Part shown: positions 28,006 to 37,823 of the stretch, piece by piece
How positions within the stretch are numbered: position 1 is the stretch's first letter
Layout: the number at the start of each line of letters is the position of its first letter
Assembly (NCBI GenBank): GCA_021774575.1
Contig: JAJFIX010000045.1
Location: 142,561 to 206,560, forward strand
Direction of reading: 5' to 3'
Length of the DNA stretch: 64,000 nucleotides
Origin: Alphaproteobacteria bacterium
GTDB lineage: Bacteria; Pseudomonadota; Alphaproteobacteria; UBA6615
Program-made: the position numbers and the translations under genes
The notes under the pieces: model-generated
Seen by the model: only the letters and a program-made list of their open reading frames with translations
Database searches by the model: none
Told to the model about the DNA's origin: nothing

Positions 28006-28775
28006 TGCCCGCCGCGCCCCGCATCAACCAGATAACTTTGTGATGTACAGGCCCAACTGTCGTCGGCGGCGAGAAAGAGAACGAAGCGATTGAAGTCGGG
28101 CGGGTAAACGCGCTGCTTGATGCACTGCATTTCCAGGGTGCCTTCTTCGCCTTCAGGCGACCACCATTTATCCAGCTGTCGGTCGGTGACAACCCAGCCC
28201 GGTAGGACCGAATTCACCCGGATATTATCCTCCCCAAGATAGCGGGCCATGGTGCGGGTTAGGCCTTGCACCGCCGATTTTGCCGTCGCATAGCCGGGGA
28301 AAAAATCCTCTTTGATCATCCAAGATGACGAACCAATATTGATGATCGACCCGGTTTTGGCTTTGCGCATACCATAGGCCACTGCCTGAATGGCAAAAAA
28401 TTGATGGCGCAAATTGACCGCCATACGGTCATCCCAATATTCCGGTGTAACCTCTTCCATCGTATGCCGGTCATCACTCGCGGCATTGTTGACGAGTACG
28501 GTGATCGTGCCGAAATGATCGCTTGTCGCTTTGACCGCCGCACGGAGTTGCTCGATGTCGCGCAAATCTCCCTGGGTAAAAATCGGCTTGTGACCGCCGG
28601 CATCGCCGACCCTGTCAACCAGTGCATTGCCCGCATCCGTTTGGATATCGACGAAGCCAACTTTGGCGCCCTGTTCGGCAAACAGCTCCACCATATTTCC
28701 GCCAATACCGCTGGCACCACCGGTGATAAAGACAACTTTATCTTTCAGACTGGGATAGGTCGCAAATTCGCTCAT
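28002..28775 (-). CDS. Short-chain dehydrogenase/reductase (SDR)
   Basis: TGGASGIG, NNAAS, YATAKSAV. Confidence 0.85.
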   Translation of the reverse strand: MSEFATYPSLKDKVVFITGGASGIGGNMVELFAEQGAKVGFVDIQTDAGNALVDRVGDAGGHKPIFTQGDLRDIEQLRAAVKATSDHFGTITVLVNNAASDDRHTMEEVTPEYWDDRMAVNLRHQFFAIQAVAYGMRKAKTGSIINIGSSSWMIKEDFFPGYATAKSAVQGLTRTMARYLGEDNIRVNSVLPGWVVTDRQLDKWWSPEGEEGTLEMQCIKQRVYPPDFNRFVLFLAADDSWACTSQSYLVDAGRGGQ

Positions 28776-28824
28776 TTAATTCAGTCCCCGTACAACAAGC
28801 ATCGCCAAAGCGAAAAAGAATATA

Positions 28825-29619
28825 CTAATGAAGCGCCTTGCCGTCTTCGGGCGTCGTTTCACCCGGCAACTTGCCCAAAATGATCATGCCGAGGACATCA
28901 TCCTTGGTTACATCCCTGGTGTATCGGGTGCCGACCAGCTTACCGTTTTTCATCACCGACACCCGGTCCGAAAGATCAAAGACGTCGTGCAAATCATGAC
29001 TGATTAGGATGATGCCAATGCCTTCTTTCTTTAGTTGTTCAATGAGTTCAGAGACCATTGCTGTTTCCTGTGGCCCGAGGGCTGCCGTCGGTTCGTCCAT
29101 GATCAGAATTTTGGCATTGAAATAGACCGCCCGGGCAATTGCCACCGACTGACGCTGACCGCCCGACATCGTGCGCATCGGATCTTTGATATTCTTAAAG
29201 TTTGGATTTAGGCGCTGGATCACTTTGCGAGACTCGTTTTCCATGGCGTCGTCATCCATGGTGCCAAAACCAGTCATAATTTCCCGGCCCAGAAACAAGT
29301 TCGCCGGCGCATCCAAATTATCGGCAAGAGCCAAAGTCTGATAAATCGTTTCGATGCCGAGATTTTGCGCATCCCGGGGATTGTGAAGGTCTACCTTCTT
29401 CCCGTTGATCTTTATTTCGCCTTCATCAGCACGATGGGCGCCGGAGAGAATTTTCGTCAACACCGTTTTTCCAGCGCCGTTATGGCCCAGAATTCCCAGC
29501 ACCTCGCCAGGATAAAGGTCGATGGTAACGCCTTCAACGGCATGCACACCGCCAAAGCGTTTGTGCATATCGATCATTTCAACAAGCGGCGTTTGGCCGT
29601 TGGATGCTGTATCAGACAT
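28825..29619 (-). CDS. Sugar ABC transporter ATP-binding protein (XylG-like, single domain)
   Basis: [24 protein letters not shown]. Confidence 0.8.
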   Translation of the reverse strand: MSDTASNGQTPLVEMIDMHKRFGGVHAVEGVTIDLYPGEVLGILGHNGAGKTVLTKILSGAHRADEGEIKINGKKVDLHNPRDAQNLGIETIYQTLALADNLDAPANLFLGREIMTGFGTMDDDAMENESRKVIQRLNPNFKNIKDPMRTMSGGQRQSVAIARAVYFNAKILIMDEPTAALGPQETAMVSELIEQLKKEGIGIILISHDLHDVFDLSDRVSVMKNGKLVGTRYTRDVTKDDVLGMIILGKLPGETTPEDGKALH

Positions 29620-29633
29620 TTCTATTCACCACC

Positions 29634-30905
29634 TCAGCGCTTCCTTTTTGTATAAGCGACATCGAACCAGACAGCGAAAATAAGTACTAGCCCGAGCGCG
29701 ATCTGCTGTTGGGCGCTGGTTGTCTGCATCAGCACCATGCCATTAATGATACTGAAAACGACGGCCGCCCCCAATATTGCGCCAAATATTGTGCCAACCC
29801 CTCCGGCAAGAGCGGTTCCGCCTATGACAGCGGCGGCGATCACAAACAACTCTTGCATGAAGCCCATCAAATTACCCGCCGACTGCAGCCGGGCCGCCGT
29901 TACGATCCCAGCGACGGAGGCCAATACCCCCATAATTACAAAAATGCCAGTAGTCGTTCGCTTGACATTAATACCGGCAAGTTCCGTCGCCTCCGGATTA
30001 CCGCCCATCGCGTAGACATAGCGGCCAAATTTGGTCCGCTGAGAAATGAAAGTCATAATGATGACGGTGGCGATCAAGATCAAAACCGGCACAGGGATGC
30101 CCCGCGGAATATCCGAGCGCGGCCGCATATAACTATTCATGATCATGACAAAACCGAAAATGACAGCGCTATAGACCGCTATCATTATGATCTCAACGAC
30201 CAAAGGTTTGGTCGCAATTCCATATTTCCGCCGCCGTTTGCGCGTTCGCGCCGTTATCAAAATAATTATGGCAACCGCAACAATACCAACAATCCAGCTC
30301 CAAAATTCGCCGATCGAACCGTTTGCGCCCCCGCCGATAAGCTCAAAGTGATCGTTTAACGGAGAAATAGTACGGCCATCGGATACGACCCATGCCATCG
30401 CTCTAAAACCGAGCAGGCCGCCTAGGGTCACAACGAATGCCGGCACACCGCGATACGCGACCCAAAACCCGTGCCAGAGACCAATGACAACGCCCATGAG
30501 CAGGGTCATTATGACCGCCAAAATCCAACCCAGGTCACTATCGAGGGGCAGAATACCTGGAAGTATGGAGGGAAAAAAATCAACATGCAGCCAGGCGACA
30601 AACATGCCGGTAAACCCAACAAGTGAGCCCACCGATAAATCAATATGGCGGGCAACAATAACCAGAACCATTCCGGTTGCCATGATCCCGACAACCGCAC
30701 CCTGAACCGCCAGATTGGTCAGGTTACGCGGCGACAAAAAAAGCCCGTCGGTCAAAAAATAGAGCGCGACCCAAATAGCAATGAGCGCCGTCAGCATTGC
30801 GGTTGTCCGCAGGTCGAGCTCGGTTACCCTGAAGAACGCGTTAAAAAAACTCTCGCTCTTCTGCCCGACCGCACCCGCTCGTTCCGAACCACTCTGGTTA
30901 GTCAT
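29634..30905 (-). CDS. Sugar ABC transporter permease (XylH-like)
   Basis: 423 aa polytopic permease. Confidence 0.8.
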   Translation of the reverse strand: MTNQSGSERAGAVGQKSESFFNAFFRVTELDLRTTAMLTALIAIWVALYFLTDGLFLSPRNLTNLAVQGAVVGIMATGMVLVIVARHIDLSVGSLVGFTGMFVAWLHVDFFPSILPGILPLDSDLGWILAVIMTLLMGVVIGLWHGFWVAYRGVPAFVVTLGGLLGFRAMAWVVSDGRTISPLNDHFELIGGGANGSIGEFWSWIVGIVAVAIIILITARTRKRRRKYGIATKPLVVEIIMIAVYSAVIFGFVMIMNSYMRPRSDIPRGIPVPVLILIATVIIMTFISQRTKFGRYVYAMGGNPEATELAGINVKRTTTGIFVIMGVLASVAGIVTAARLQSAGNLMGFMQELFVIAAAVIGGTALAGGVGTIFGAILGAAVVFSIINGMVLMQTTSAQQQIALGLVLIFAVWFDVAYTKRKR

Positions 30906-31058
30906 ATCGCCCCGATCAATGGCTATCGATTATATGAAATAGCGCCAAAAGAATGCAAATTCGGAGCCCGGTCCGAAGGCAGCAGTAAGAACTACCGCCC
31001 GGCCCGAGCCCCGTCTTAATTATGCTAGCCGCACCATTATTTGTGCGACTAATCTGTT

Positions 31059-31091
31059 CCCTTAGTTACACCTTAGTTACACCTTAGTTAC
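31059..31091. repeat. Perfect tandem repeat (ccttagttaca) x3 overlapping the stop codon of the sugar-binding protein gene
   Basis: Read directly. Three exact 11-bp units. The third contains the TAA stop and the last two codons of the minus-strand gene. Confidence 0.9.
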
Positions 31092-32121
31092 AAGGCGCCG
31101 GACCACCGCTGATGCCCTGGCAAAGAGTTGCCTGGTCAATCCAACCGGCATCGACAACGACGTTTAAGTTGGCGCTGGTGATCGGTGTCGGTGCGATCAG
31201 GATCGAGTCCACAGTCGGACCGCCGTCAACGTCAAAGTCGGAAACACCGGCAAACGAAGCTGCATCGGTACCACCAACAATGGCGGCCGCCCACTCAGCG
31301 GTTTCGGTACCGAGTACGCGCACGTCTTTCCAAACGCTGACGGTCTGCGTACCTGCTGCCACCCGGTTCAGGGCGCCAAAGTCACCGTCCTGGCCGGAAA
31401 CGGGGATCCCGTCGAGGCCTGCGGAGGTCAGAGCAGCAACAACGCCACCGGCCATACCGTCATTTGAAACGACAACAGCATCAACCTCGTTATTGGCCTG
31501 GGTCAGGATATTTTCCATATTACGCTGGGCAATTTCCGGAACCCAGTTGTCGGTGAACTGATCGCCAACAACTTTGATGTCACCACTGTCGATCGCGCTT
31601 TGGAGGACTTCAAGCTGACCACCATGGACGAAGAATGCGTTCGGATCGCCGGGGTTGCCCTTGATGAAGACATAGTTACCCGTGGGCTGTTGCTCGAGAA
31701 CCGCGCGAGCCTGAATGCGGCCAACTTCGACATTGTCGAATGTCGTATAAAGGACGCCTTCAAGAGCGATCAAACGATCATATCCAAGAACGGGGATACC
31801 TTCGTCAAGTGCGGCCTGAACAGCCGGGATAACCTGCGCGGTGTCGGTCGCAACGACAATCAGGAAATCGGGTTGCTGGGTAATCAGGTTTTCGATATCA
31901 GCATTTTGACGCTCGGGTGAATTTTGTGCATCGGACTCGACGATCTCAATCCCGAGGGGCTCGAAAACACTCAGGAATGCAGCGCGATCTTTCGCCCAAC
32001 GCTCTTCCTGAAACGCCGACCAACTAATGGCAATTTTTTGTGCCACGGCCGGCGGTGTTGTCATTGCCGTCAATGCCGCCGCAGCGGCGAGACCTAGAAG
32101 GCCTTTCTTAAACAAGTTCAT
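31084..32121 (-). CDS. xylF: Periplasmic D-xylose-type sugar-binding protein (XylF-like)
   Basis: 345 aa with a signal peptide. XylF-like PBP type I fold. Sits next to xylG/xylH-like genes and close to xylA and xylB. Confidence 0.7.
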   Translation of the reverse strand: MNLFKKGLLGLAAAAALTAMTTPPAVAQKIAISWSAFQEERWAKDRAAFLSVFEPLGIEIVESDAQNSPERQNADIENLITQQPDFLIVVATDTAQVIPAVQAALDEGIPVLGYDRLIALEGVLYTTFDNVEVGRIQARAVLEQQPTGNYVFIKGNPGDPNAFFVHGGQLEVLQSAIDSGDIKVVGDQFTDNWVPEIAQRNMENILTQANNEVDAVVVSNDGMAGGVVAALTSAGLDGIPVSGQDGDFGALNRVAAGTQTVSVWKDVRVLGTETAEWAAAIVGGTDAASFAGVSDFDVDGGPTVDSILIAPTPITSANLNVVVDAGWIDQATLCQGISGGPAPCN

Positions 32122-32198
32122 AGTCTTCCTCCCACTTTTGTGTGGTTTGATGTTGTGTCGGACCGTTTCCGGCCCACTCCCTACAGGTTGAACTGATT

Positions 32199-33107
32199 TC
32201 AGCCGACCTGCCTTTCATCACCGTCAACCGGACCATTCGTGTCCGCCAGACGGAGATATCCCAAACTGGATTTTATAATTGGCACCTTGGCAACAATTTC
32301 AGGGCCGCGTAACAAAGCGAACCCGGCAACCAAAATATCGACAACAACCAGTTGCATTAACCGCGAGACAGCCGGTGTGTAAATATCGTTATCTTCTTCA
32401 ACGCCGGTAAATATTGCCAGCTGACATCTGTCCGATAAAGGCGACGGGTTGGCGGTCACGGCAATTACTTCTGCACCTTGCGACGCCGCCAAGTTTGCCA
32501 CGTGAATTAAATCTCGGGTCCGGCCAGTGTGGGAAAACGCGACAACTGCGTCGCCCGGTTTCAACCCTGCCGCTGATACAATTTGCTGATGAGCGTCGGT
32601 GTAGGCGACGCAAGAAATTCCAAAACGAAAAAATTTATCCTGGGCATCCATCGCCACCAAACCAGAGGCCCCGGCGCCATAAAACTCAATCCGATTAGCC
32701 GCCGAAAGAATGGAAACAGTTTTCGAAATAGACGGGCTGTCGATTTTATCCGTGAGACGACTGATGCAATCCTTCGAGTAGTCGCAAATCCGCGATATCA
32801 CTTTGTCGGTATCATCGCCCAGCTGAACCTGTTGATGAACATAGCGGCGATCCCAACCAACGGATTTGGCCAGATCAACCTTAAACGACTGAAATCCTTG
32901 GCAACCGACACTGCGGCAAAACCTCAAAACCGTCGGTTCACTGACTTTTGCCGCCAGCGCAACTTCGGTAATTGTCTGGTGGATAACGCCCCCCGGATCG
33001 GCCAATACAACTTCAGCGACCTTGCGTTCGGAGGGGGCAAGGTCGTCAACGGACACCGCAATGCGATGAACAAGTTGATCAGGGGCAATTTCATGCCGCG
33101 ACATCAA
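32199..33107 (-). CDS. RpiR/MurR-family transcriptional regulator (HTH plus SIS domain)
   Basis: N-terminal HTH_6 (LAPSERKVAEVVLADP...) and a C-terminal SIS domain. Confidence 0.85.
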   Translation of the reverse strand: MMSRHEIAPDQLVHRIAVSVDDLAPSERKVAEVVLADPGGVIHQTITEVALAAKVSEPTVLRFCRSVGCQGFQSFKVDLAKSVGWDRRYVHQQVQLGDDTDKVISRICDYSKDCISRLTDKIDSPSISKTVSILSAANRIEFYGAGASGLVAMDAQDKFFRFGISCVAYTDAHQQIVSAAGLKPGDAVVAFSHTGRTRDLIHVANLAASQGAEVIAVTANPSPLSDRCQLAIFTGVEEDNDIYTPAVSRLMQLVVVDILVAGFALLRGPEIVAKVPIIKSSLGYLRLADTNGPVDGDERQVG

Positions 33108-33152
33108 TAAAGGTCCGATTCCGTAGCAAAATTACATAACAAAGGCTAGATT

Positions 33153-33168
33153 TCCGGTAATTACCGGA
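33153..33168. promoter_or_regulatory. Perfect 16-bp palindrome TCCGGTAATTACCGGA about 45 bp upstream of the RpiR regulator start
   Basis: Read directly. A candidate operator. Confidence 0.35.
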
Positions 33169-33296
33169 GCCAACATCAATTTTATGTAAATAAACTACAA
33201 AACCTCGACCAATGAGTCAAACTATCGCTTCGGCTAGCTGTGCAAAAAATGGCATTATTGACGCTTAATTTTGGCAGAAATCTTGGGCCGGTTCGG

Positions 33297-34979
33297 TCAT
33301 CGGTGATCGCTAAAAACGTGCACCAGCGGATTTACCCCATTTTCCGGGCGTTGCAAAATTGCGAAAACCCTGGCGGGGAGCTCAACCCAATCGCTGAGTT
33401 CACCGCCGGGCCAGCGGACCCGCACCTCGACCGACGCGTCGGCTCCCAGGCCGAAATGGGTCCAGCCGGTTTGTCCGCCCGCATGACCGCCGCCGATCGT
33501 GATGTCTTTGCCAATAAACGGGTCCGGATCGCTCGTCTGCCGAAGGTCGATTCTCGCCCCTATTGCGGCGCTATTCCCTCCAGTCTGGGAAATACGAACC
33601 TGCAGCCAGTTTGGCGTATCCGCCGATTCACCCACAGGATCATCTACCGAATCAAAAGACGCATTGCGCCAAATTTGGGCTGGCGAACCCTGGTTTACGA
33701 CAATGAGGTCCAATGCGCCGTCATGATTAAAATCAACAAGTGCAGCGCCGCGTCCCCGCGCAACACTGGCAATGCCCGCGCCAACCGCTCCATCGCGAAA
33801 CGTGCCGTCGGCTTGACCCAGAAAAAGATTATTCGGATCGTCGACAGCAAATCCCGCCATTGAGGAGACGTTCCCCTTGGCAATAAATAGGTCAATTATC
33901 CCGTCATTATCGACATCTTCAAACTGAGCATGCCAACCGGTCGACAGCTCAGCCCCGGCAGCGCCGTTCGGCTGATGCGCGGTGACACCGCGATTCAGCG
34001 CGATATCGCTGTAATGCGGGCGCAAGGCATCCGGATCAGACAGAATATCATGATCCAAAGTCCGAAGTTTATTATCCCCCATAGAGGTCAGGAAATATTC
34101 GGGATATCCATCCATATTGAGATCGTGGGCGGCGATCCCCATGCCCCATATTTTTAGACTCTGCCACCCATCTTGCGCGCCATATGGGGCGACCCCGTCG
34201 TCGCCATTCATACGCCAAAGCTGCTCGGAACCGCCTCGATAATATTGGCGATCATTGCTGACCCGAAGATCCGCAGCCCCTTGGCCCCGCCAGCGCGTAA
34301 ACAACATTGAAAGAGCACAATGGCTGGGCGCCATAATTTGCGGTGCGACGTAGCCAACTTCGGCTTTAGGGCGGTATAGAAAATTGTCGGCACAGGTGCC
34401 AAAAGGCGCCCCCAGTGCCGTTTGGTCGATATAGTTTCCGATGGCTAGGGTTGGCCAGCGCGCGCCCTCTTCCCAGGTAGCGGCAAATGCCGTGGTCCAT
34501 TGATCGCCCCCGTCAAACCCCCAAGCGGCATTAGCTTCGAAAAACCGGCAATCGCCCAACCCCCGAAATAGCAAATTTCGACCTGCCCTCAGGACGGCCA
34601 AATCCGTAATGCCGTCGCCGTCGATATCGAGCGGATAGGCGCCAGTCACGCCCCGCAGCGCCATTTCGGTCGATACCGCCTGGCGAAATTTAAGCGGGCC
34701 ACCCAATATGCTCTGGTTGCGGAAGAGGCCGGATTTATTTTCTCCTCCAGCCAAAAACAGATCCGCCAACTCATCGCCATCGCAATCAAATGCCGCGACA
34801 CCACCGCCAACGAAATATTGAAACCCACCGCCATAGGTATGGCGTATGCCAGCGTTTTCAGTTTCCTCGACAAATACCAGATTGCCCGCGTGGCCAACCA
34901 AAGGCAGTAGCATGTACAACCCAAAAACCAGGGTCGCGACCACCTTTGCGGCTACATTAGCTTGGCTTTCTATGACCAT
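33297..34979 (-). CDS. FG-GAP repeat / ASPIC-UnbV (CRTAC1-family) secreted protein
   Basis: 560 aa with an N-terminal hydrophobic leader and multiple DxDGDG-type FG-GAP motifs (FDCDGDELADL, LDIDGDGITDL, DVDNDGIIDL, DFNHDGALDL). The C-terminus is ASPIC/UnbV-like. Confidence 0.65.
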   Translation of the reverse strand: MVIESQANVAAKVVATLVFGLYMLLPLVGHAGNLVFVEETENAGIRHTYGGGFQYFVGGGVAAFDCDGDELADLFLAGGENKSGLFRNQSILGGPLKFRQAVSTEMALRGVTGAYPLDIDGDGITDLAVLRAGRNLLFRGLGDCRFFEANAAWGFDGGDQWTTAFAATWEEGARWPTLAIGNYIDQTALGAPFGTCADNFLYRPKAEVGYVAPQIMAPSHCALSMLFTRWRGQGAADLRVSNDRQYYRGGSEQLWRMNGDDGVAPYGAQDGWQSLKIWGMGIAAHDLNMDGYPEYFLTSMGDNKLRTLDHDILSDPDALRPHYSDIALNRGVTAHQPNGAAGAELSTGWHAQFEDVDNDGIIDLFIAKGNVSSMAGFAVDDPNNLFLGQADGTFRDGAVGAGIASVARGRGAALVDFNHDGALDLIVVNQGSPAQIWRNASFDSVDDPVGESADTPNWLQVRISQTGGNSAAIGARIDLRQTSDPDPFIGKDITIGGGHAGGQTGWTHFGLGADASVEVRVRWPGGELSDWVELPARVFAILQRPENGVNPLVHVFSDHR

Positions 34980-35006
34980 GCCAGCCAGCTTAAACCGCCC
35001 GCCCGG

Positions 35007-36317
35007 TTAGACAAATCGATTGATGATATTTTCCAGCATTTCTTGGCGACCCGATTGTGGCATCGGCTCACGCGACGTGGCCGCATGGCTGGCGAGGCCT
35101 TCAAGATCAATTTGGCCGCCAAGAATATCGCGCCCCAGTTTGCCGTCCCATCCGGCATATCGGTCGGCGACAAAACGATCCAAGGTACCATCTTCGATGA
35201 TCGCCGCTGCGGCTTTCAGCCCCCTTGCCGCCGCATCCATACCGCCGATATGGGCATGAAATAGATCGTCGGGCTCAAAGGACATACGACGAAGTTTTGC
35301 ATCAAAATTAAGTCCCCCGGTGCCCAATCCACCGGACTTCAAAATGGAATAGAAAACCAGCGCGAGTTCGGGAACTGAATTTGGAAATTGGTCGGTATCC
35401 CAGCCAAGTTGCGGATCACCCCGGTTCATATCGAGGGAGCCAAGCATATTATTGGCCGCCGCATAAGCAACCTCATGCTCGAAACTATGCCCGGCCAGGG
35501 TCGCATGATTTGCTTCGAGGTTGAGCTTGATCTCATTTTCCAAACCGTATTTCTGCAGAAATGCATGAACCGAGGCGCTGTCGAAATCATACTGATGCTT
35601 GGTCGGTTCCTGTGGTTTCGGTTCAATCAAAATGGCGCCTTCAAAGCCGATTTTATGTTTATGCTCTACGGCCAAAGACATAAACCGGCCCAGCTGATCT
35701 TGCTCGCGCGCCAAATCGGTGTTGAGTAAAGTCTCGTAACCCTCGCGCCCGCCCCAAAGAACATAGTTTTCACCGCCAAGCCTCTGGGTGACGCCCATCA
35801 CCTTGGCGACCTGGGCGGCCGCATAGGAAAAAATCTCCGGGTCGGGATTGGTTGCGGCCCCGGCAAGATAGCGCCGATGGCTGAAAAGGTTGGCCGTTCC
35901 CCAGAGCAATTTTACACCAGTACGCGCCATATGGGCCTGAACAGCCTCGGCGATGTGATCGAGGTTATCGTTGCTTTCGCTGATTGATGCGCCTTCGGGC
36001 GCGATATCGCGATCATGAAAACAAAAATACGGCGCCCCGAGTTTCTCGAAAAACTCAAACGCCACGTCGAGTTTTTGTCGCGATTGGGTCAACGGATCGC
36101 CGGGCCCAAACCAGGGGCGCTCAAAAGTCGATCCGCCAAATGGATCGTTCCCCTGCCAGCAAAAACTATGCCAATAGCAGACGGCGAAACGCAGGTGATC
36201 TTCCATCGTTTTACCGGCAACGATTTCGGTTTTATCGTAGTGGCGAAACGCCAATGGATTGTCGGAATTGGGTCCTTCGAATTCGATTCGAGCGATATCG
36301 GGGAAAAAAGGCGCCAT
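35007..36317 (-). CDS. xylA: Xylose isomerase
   Basis: 436 aa; N-terminus [24 protein letters not shown] and global similarity to XylA. Confidence 0.95.
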   Translation of the reverse strand: MAPFFPDIARIEFEGPNSDNPLAFRHYDKTEIVAGKTMEDHLRFAVCYWHSFCWQGNDPFGGSTFERPWFGPGDPLTQSRQKLDVAFEFFEKLGAPYFCFHDRDIAPEGASISESNDNLDHIAEAVQAHMARTGVKLLWGTANLFSHRRYLAGAATNPDPEIFSYAAAQVAKVMGVTQRLGGENYVLWGGREGYETLLNTDLAREQDQLGRFMSLAVEHKHKIGFEGAILIEPKPQEPTKHQYDFDSASVHAFLQKYGLENEIKLNLEANHATLAGHSFEHEVAYAAANNMLGSLDMNRGDPQLGWDTDQFPNSVPELALVFYSILKSGGLGTGGLNFDAKLRRMSFEPDDLFHAHIGGMDAAARGLKAAAAIIEDGTLDRFVADRYAGWDGKLGRDILGGQIDLEGLASHAATSREPMPQSGRQEMLENIINRFV

Positions 36318-36346
36318 CGGTCTTGCTCCTAAAAAGGGGTCAGCGT

Positions 36347-37819
36347 TTAGCTGTCTTTAAACAGGTCCTTCACCGCGGGATAGAGTTTTTTCCACCTTGC
36401 ATATCGCGAAGCCAGTTGGTCCGACAAGTTCGGGTCGGGCTCGATTATATGAGCGACCGGTGGCTGCGTCGCGACGTCACCTTGTGTTTCATTCGTGACG
36501 CAAAGCCTTGCCAATCGCGCGGCACCAAATGCCGGTCCGACTTCTCCACCGTCGTGGTAGGTCAGCTTCCGACCCAGCGTAGCCGCCAGAATTTTTCCCC
36601 ATCCGAGACTGCGCGACCCACCCCCAATGACCGAAACCTGATCAATGTTGGATCCAGCCTGGGTGAGAACTTCCTGGCCGTCGGCAAAGGCGAAGGCAAC
36701 ACCCTCCATGACCGATCGGGTCAAATCGGCCCGGCTGGTGCTTGGCACCAGGCCGAGGAATGCTCCTTTCGCATTCGGGTCATTATGGGGCGTGCGTTCG
36801 CCGGTGAGGTACGGCAGAAACAGAGGAATTTCACCCGCAAGCGGGCTATCACTCGCTTCAAACTCGTCAACCAGGGCGCTTTCACTCTCCACTCCGGTCG
36901 TCTCGGCCAACCAGGATAGGCACGAGGCCGCGCTGAGAATAACCGACATTTGATGCCAGGTGTCGGGCAGGCAATGGCAAAACGCATGAACGGCCCGATC
37001 TGGATTTGGCGAAAACCGATCGTTCGCCGCAAAATATACCCCCGACGTTCCCAGCGATAAAAAGGCCTGACCGGGAGTGACTGTACCGATACCGATAGCA
37101 CCGGCGGCGTTATCACCGGCACCGCCGGCGACAAGCACGCCAGCAGGCAATCCCCAGGCAGTAGATATTTCAGCACGCAATTTCCCAGATACCTGACTGC
37201 CTTCAACCAGGCGCGGCATTGCCGAAAGGTCGAGGCCGGTTGCCGCCAGCATTTTTTTCGACCAACACCGCCCGGCGACATCCAGCCACAGGGTGCCCGA
37301 GGCATCGGACATTTCCGACACATGCTCACCGGTCAAACGCAGCCGCAGATAATCCTTTGGCAGCAAAACCTTTGCGACACGGCCAAAAATCTCGGGTTCG
37401 TTGTCATGAACCCAAATGAGTTTGGGCGCGGTAAATCCGGGCATCGCCATGTTACCGGTGATCGCCCTGCTGTCGGACTCACGGGATTCGAGGGTCATAC
37501 ATTGGTCATGTGAACGGCCATCGTTCCACAATATGCACGGCCGCAAAACGGTGTCGGTGTTATCGAGAAGTGTAGCCCCATGCATTTGACCCGACAGGCC
37601 GATAGCGCGCACCGCCCCCATTTCCGACGGATGCTCTGCGCGCAAAATCCCCATGGCGATATCCGTCGCCACCCACCAGCTTTCCGGATCCTGTTCGGAC
37701 CAGAGCGGTCGGGGAAACGAAACCTCGAGCGGCGCGCTCGCCTGGCCAATGGTCGTTTGCCGGTCATCGACTAGCACGGCTTTGACCCCGGAGGTTCCCA
37801 AATCAATACCGATATACAT
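36347..37819 (-). CDS. xylB: Xylulokinase
   Basis: Start at [16 protein letters not shown], preceded by GGAGGGAG. FGGY kinase motifs. The ORF-track N-terminal extension lacks an RBS. Confidence 0.9.
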   Translation of the reverse strand: MYIGIDLGTSGVKAVLVDDRQTTIGQASAPLEVSFPRPLWSEQDPESWWVATDIAMGILRAEHPSEMGAVRAIGLSGQMHGATLLDNTDTVLRPCILWNDGRSHDQCMTLESRESDSRAITGNMAMPGFTAPKLIWVHDNEPEIFGRVAKVLLPKDYLRLRLTGEHVSEMSDASGTLWLDVAGRCWSKKMLAATGLDLSAMPRLVEGSQVSGKLRAEISTAWGLPAGVLVAGGAGDNAAGAIGIGTVTPGQAFLSLGTSGVYFAANDRFSPNPDRAVHAFCHCLPDTWHQMSVILSAASCLSWLAETTGVESESALVDEFEASDSPLAGEIPLFLPYLTGERTPHNDPNAKGAFLGLVPSTSRADLTRSVMEGVAFAFADGQEVLTQAGSNIDQVSVIGGGSRSLGWGKILAATLGRKLTYHDGGEVGPAFGAARLARLCVTNETQGDVATQPPVAHIIEPDPNLSDQLASRYARWKKLYPAVKDLFKDS

Positions 37820-37823
37820 CGTG

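Noticed and set aside
29709-30359. 216-aa plus-strand ORF, low complexity (H/N/D/R-rich), antisense to the ABC permease
   Set aside because: It lies entirely within a well-supported minus-strand permease gene. Its composition is typical of a GC-skew antisense artefact, and it has no RBS.
33240-33863. 207-aa plus-strand ORF antisense to the FG-GAP protein, and a 202-aa minus-strand alternative-frame ORF inside xylB (36721-37329)
   Set aside because: Both are shadow ORFs of strongly supported genes, with no independent motif or RBS.
35984-36919. 311-aa plus-strand ORF spanning the xylA and xylB junction
   Set aside because: It is antisense to two high-confidence genes and Arg-rich. This is typical of a spurious ORF on the non-coding strand of high-GC DNA.
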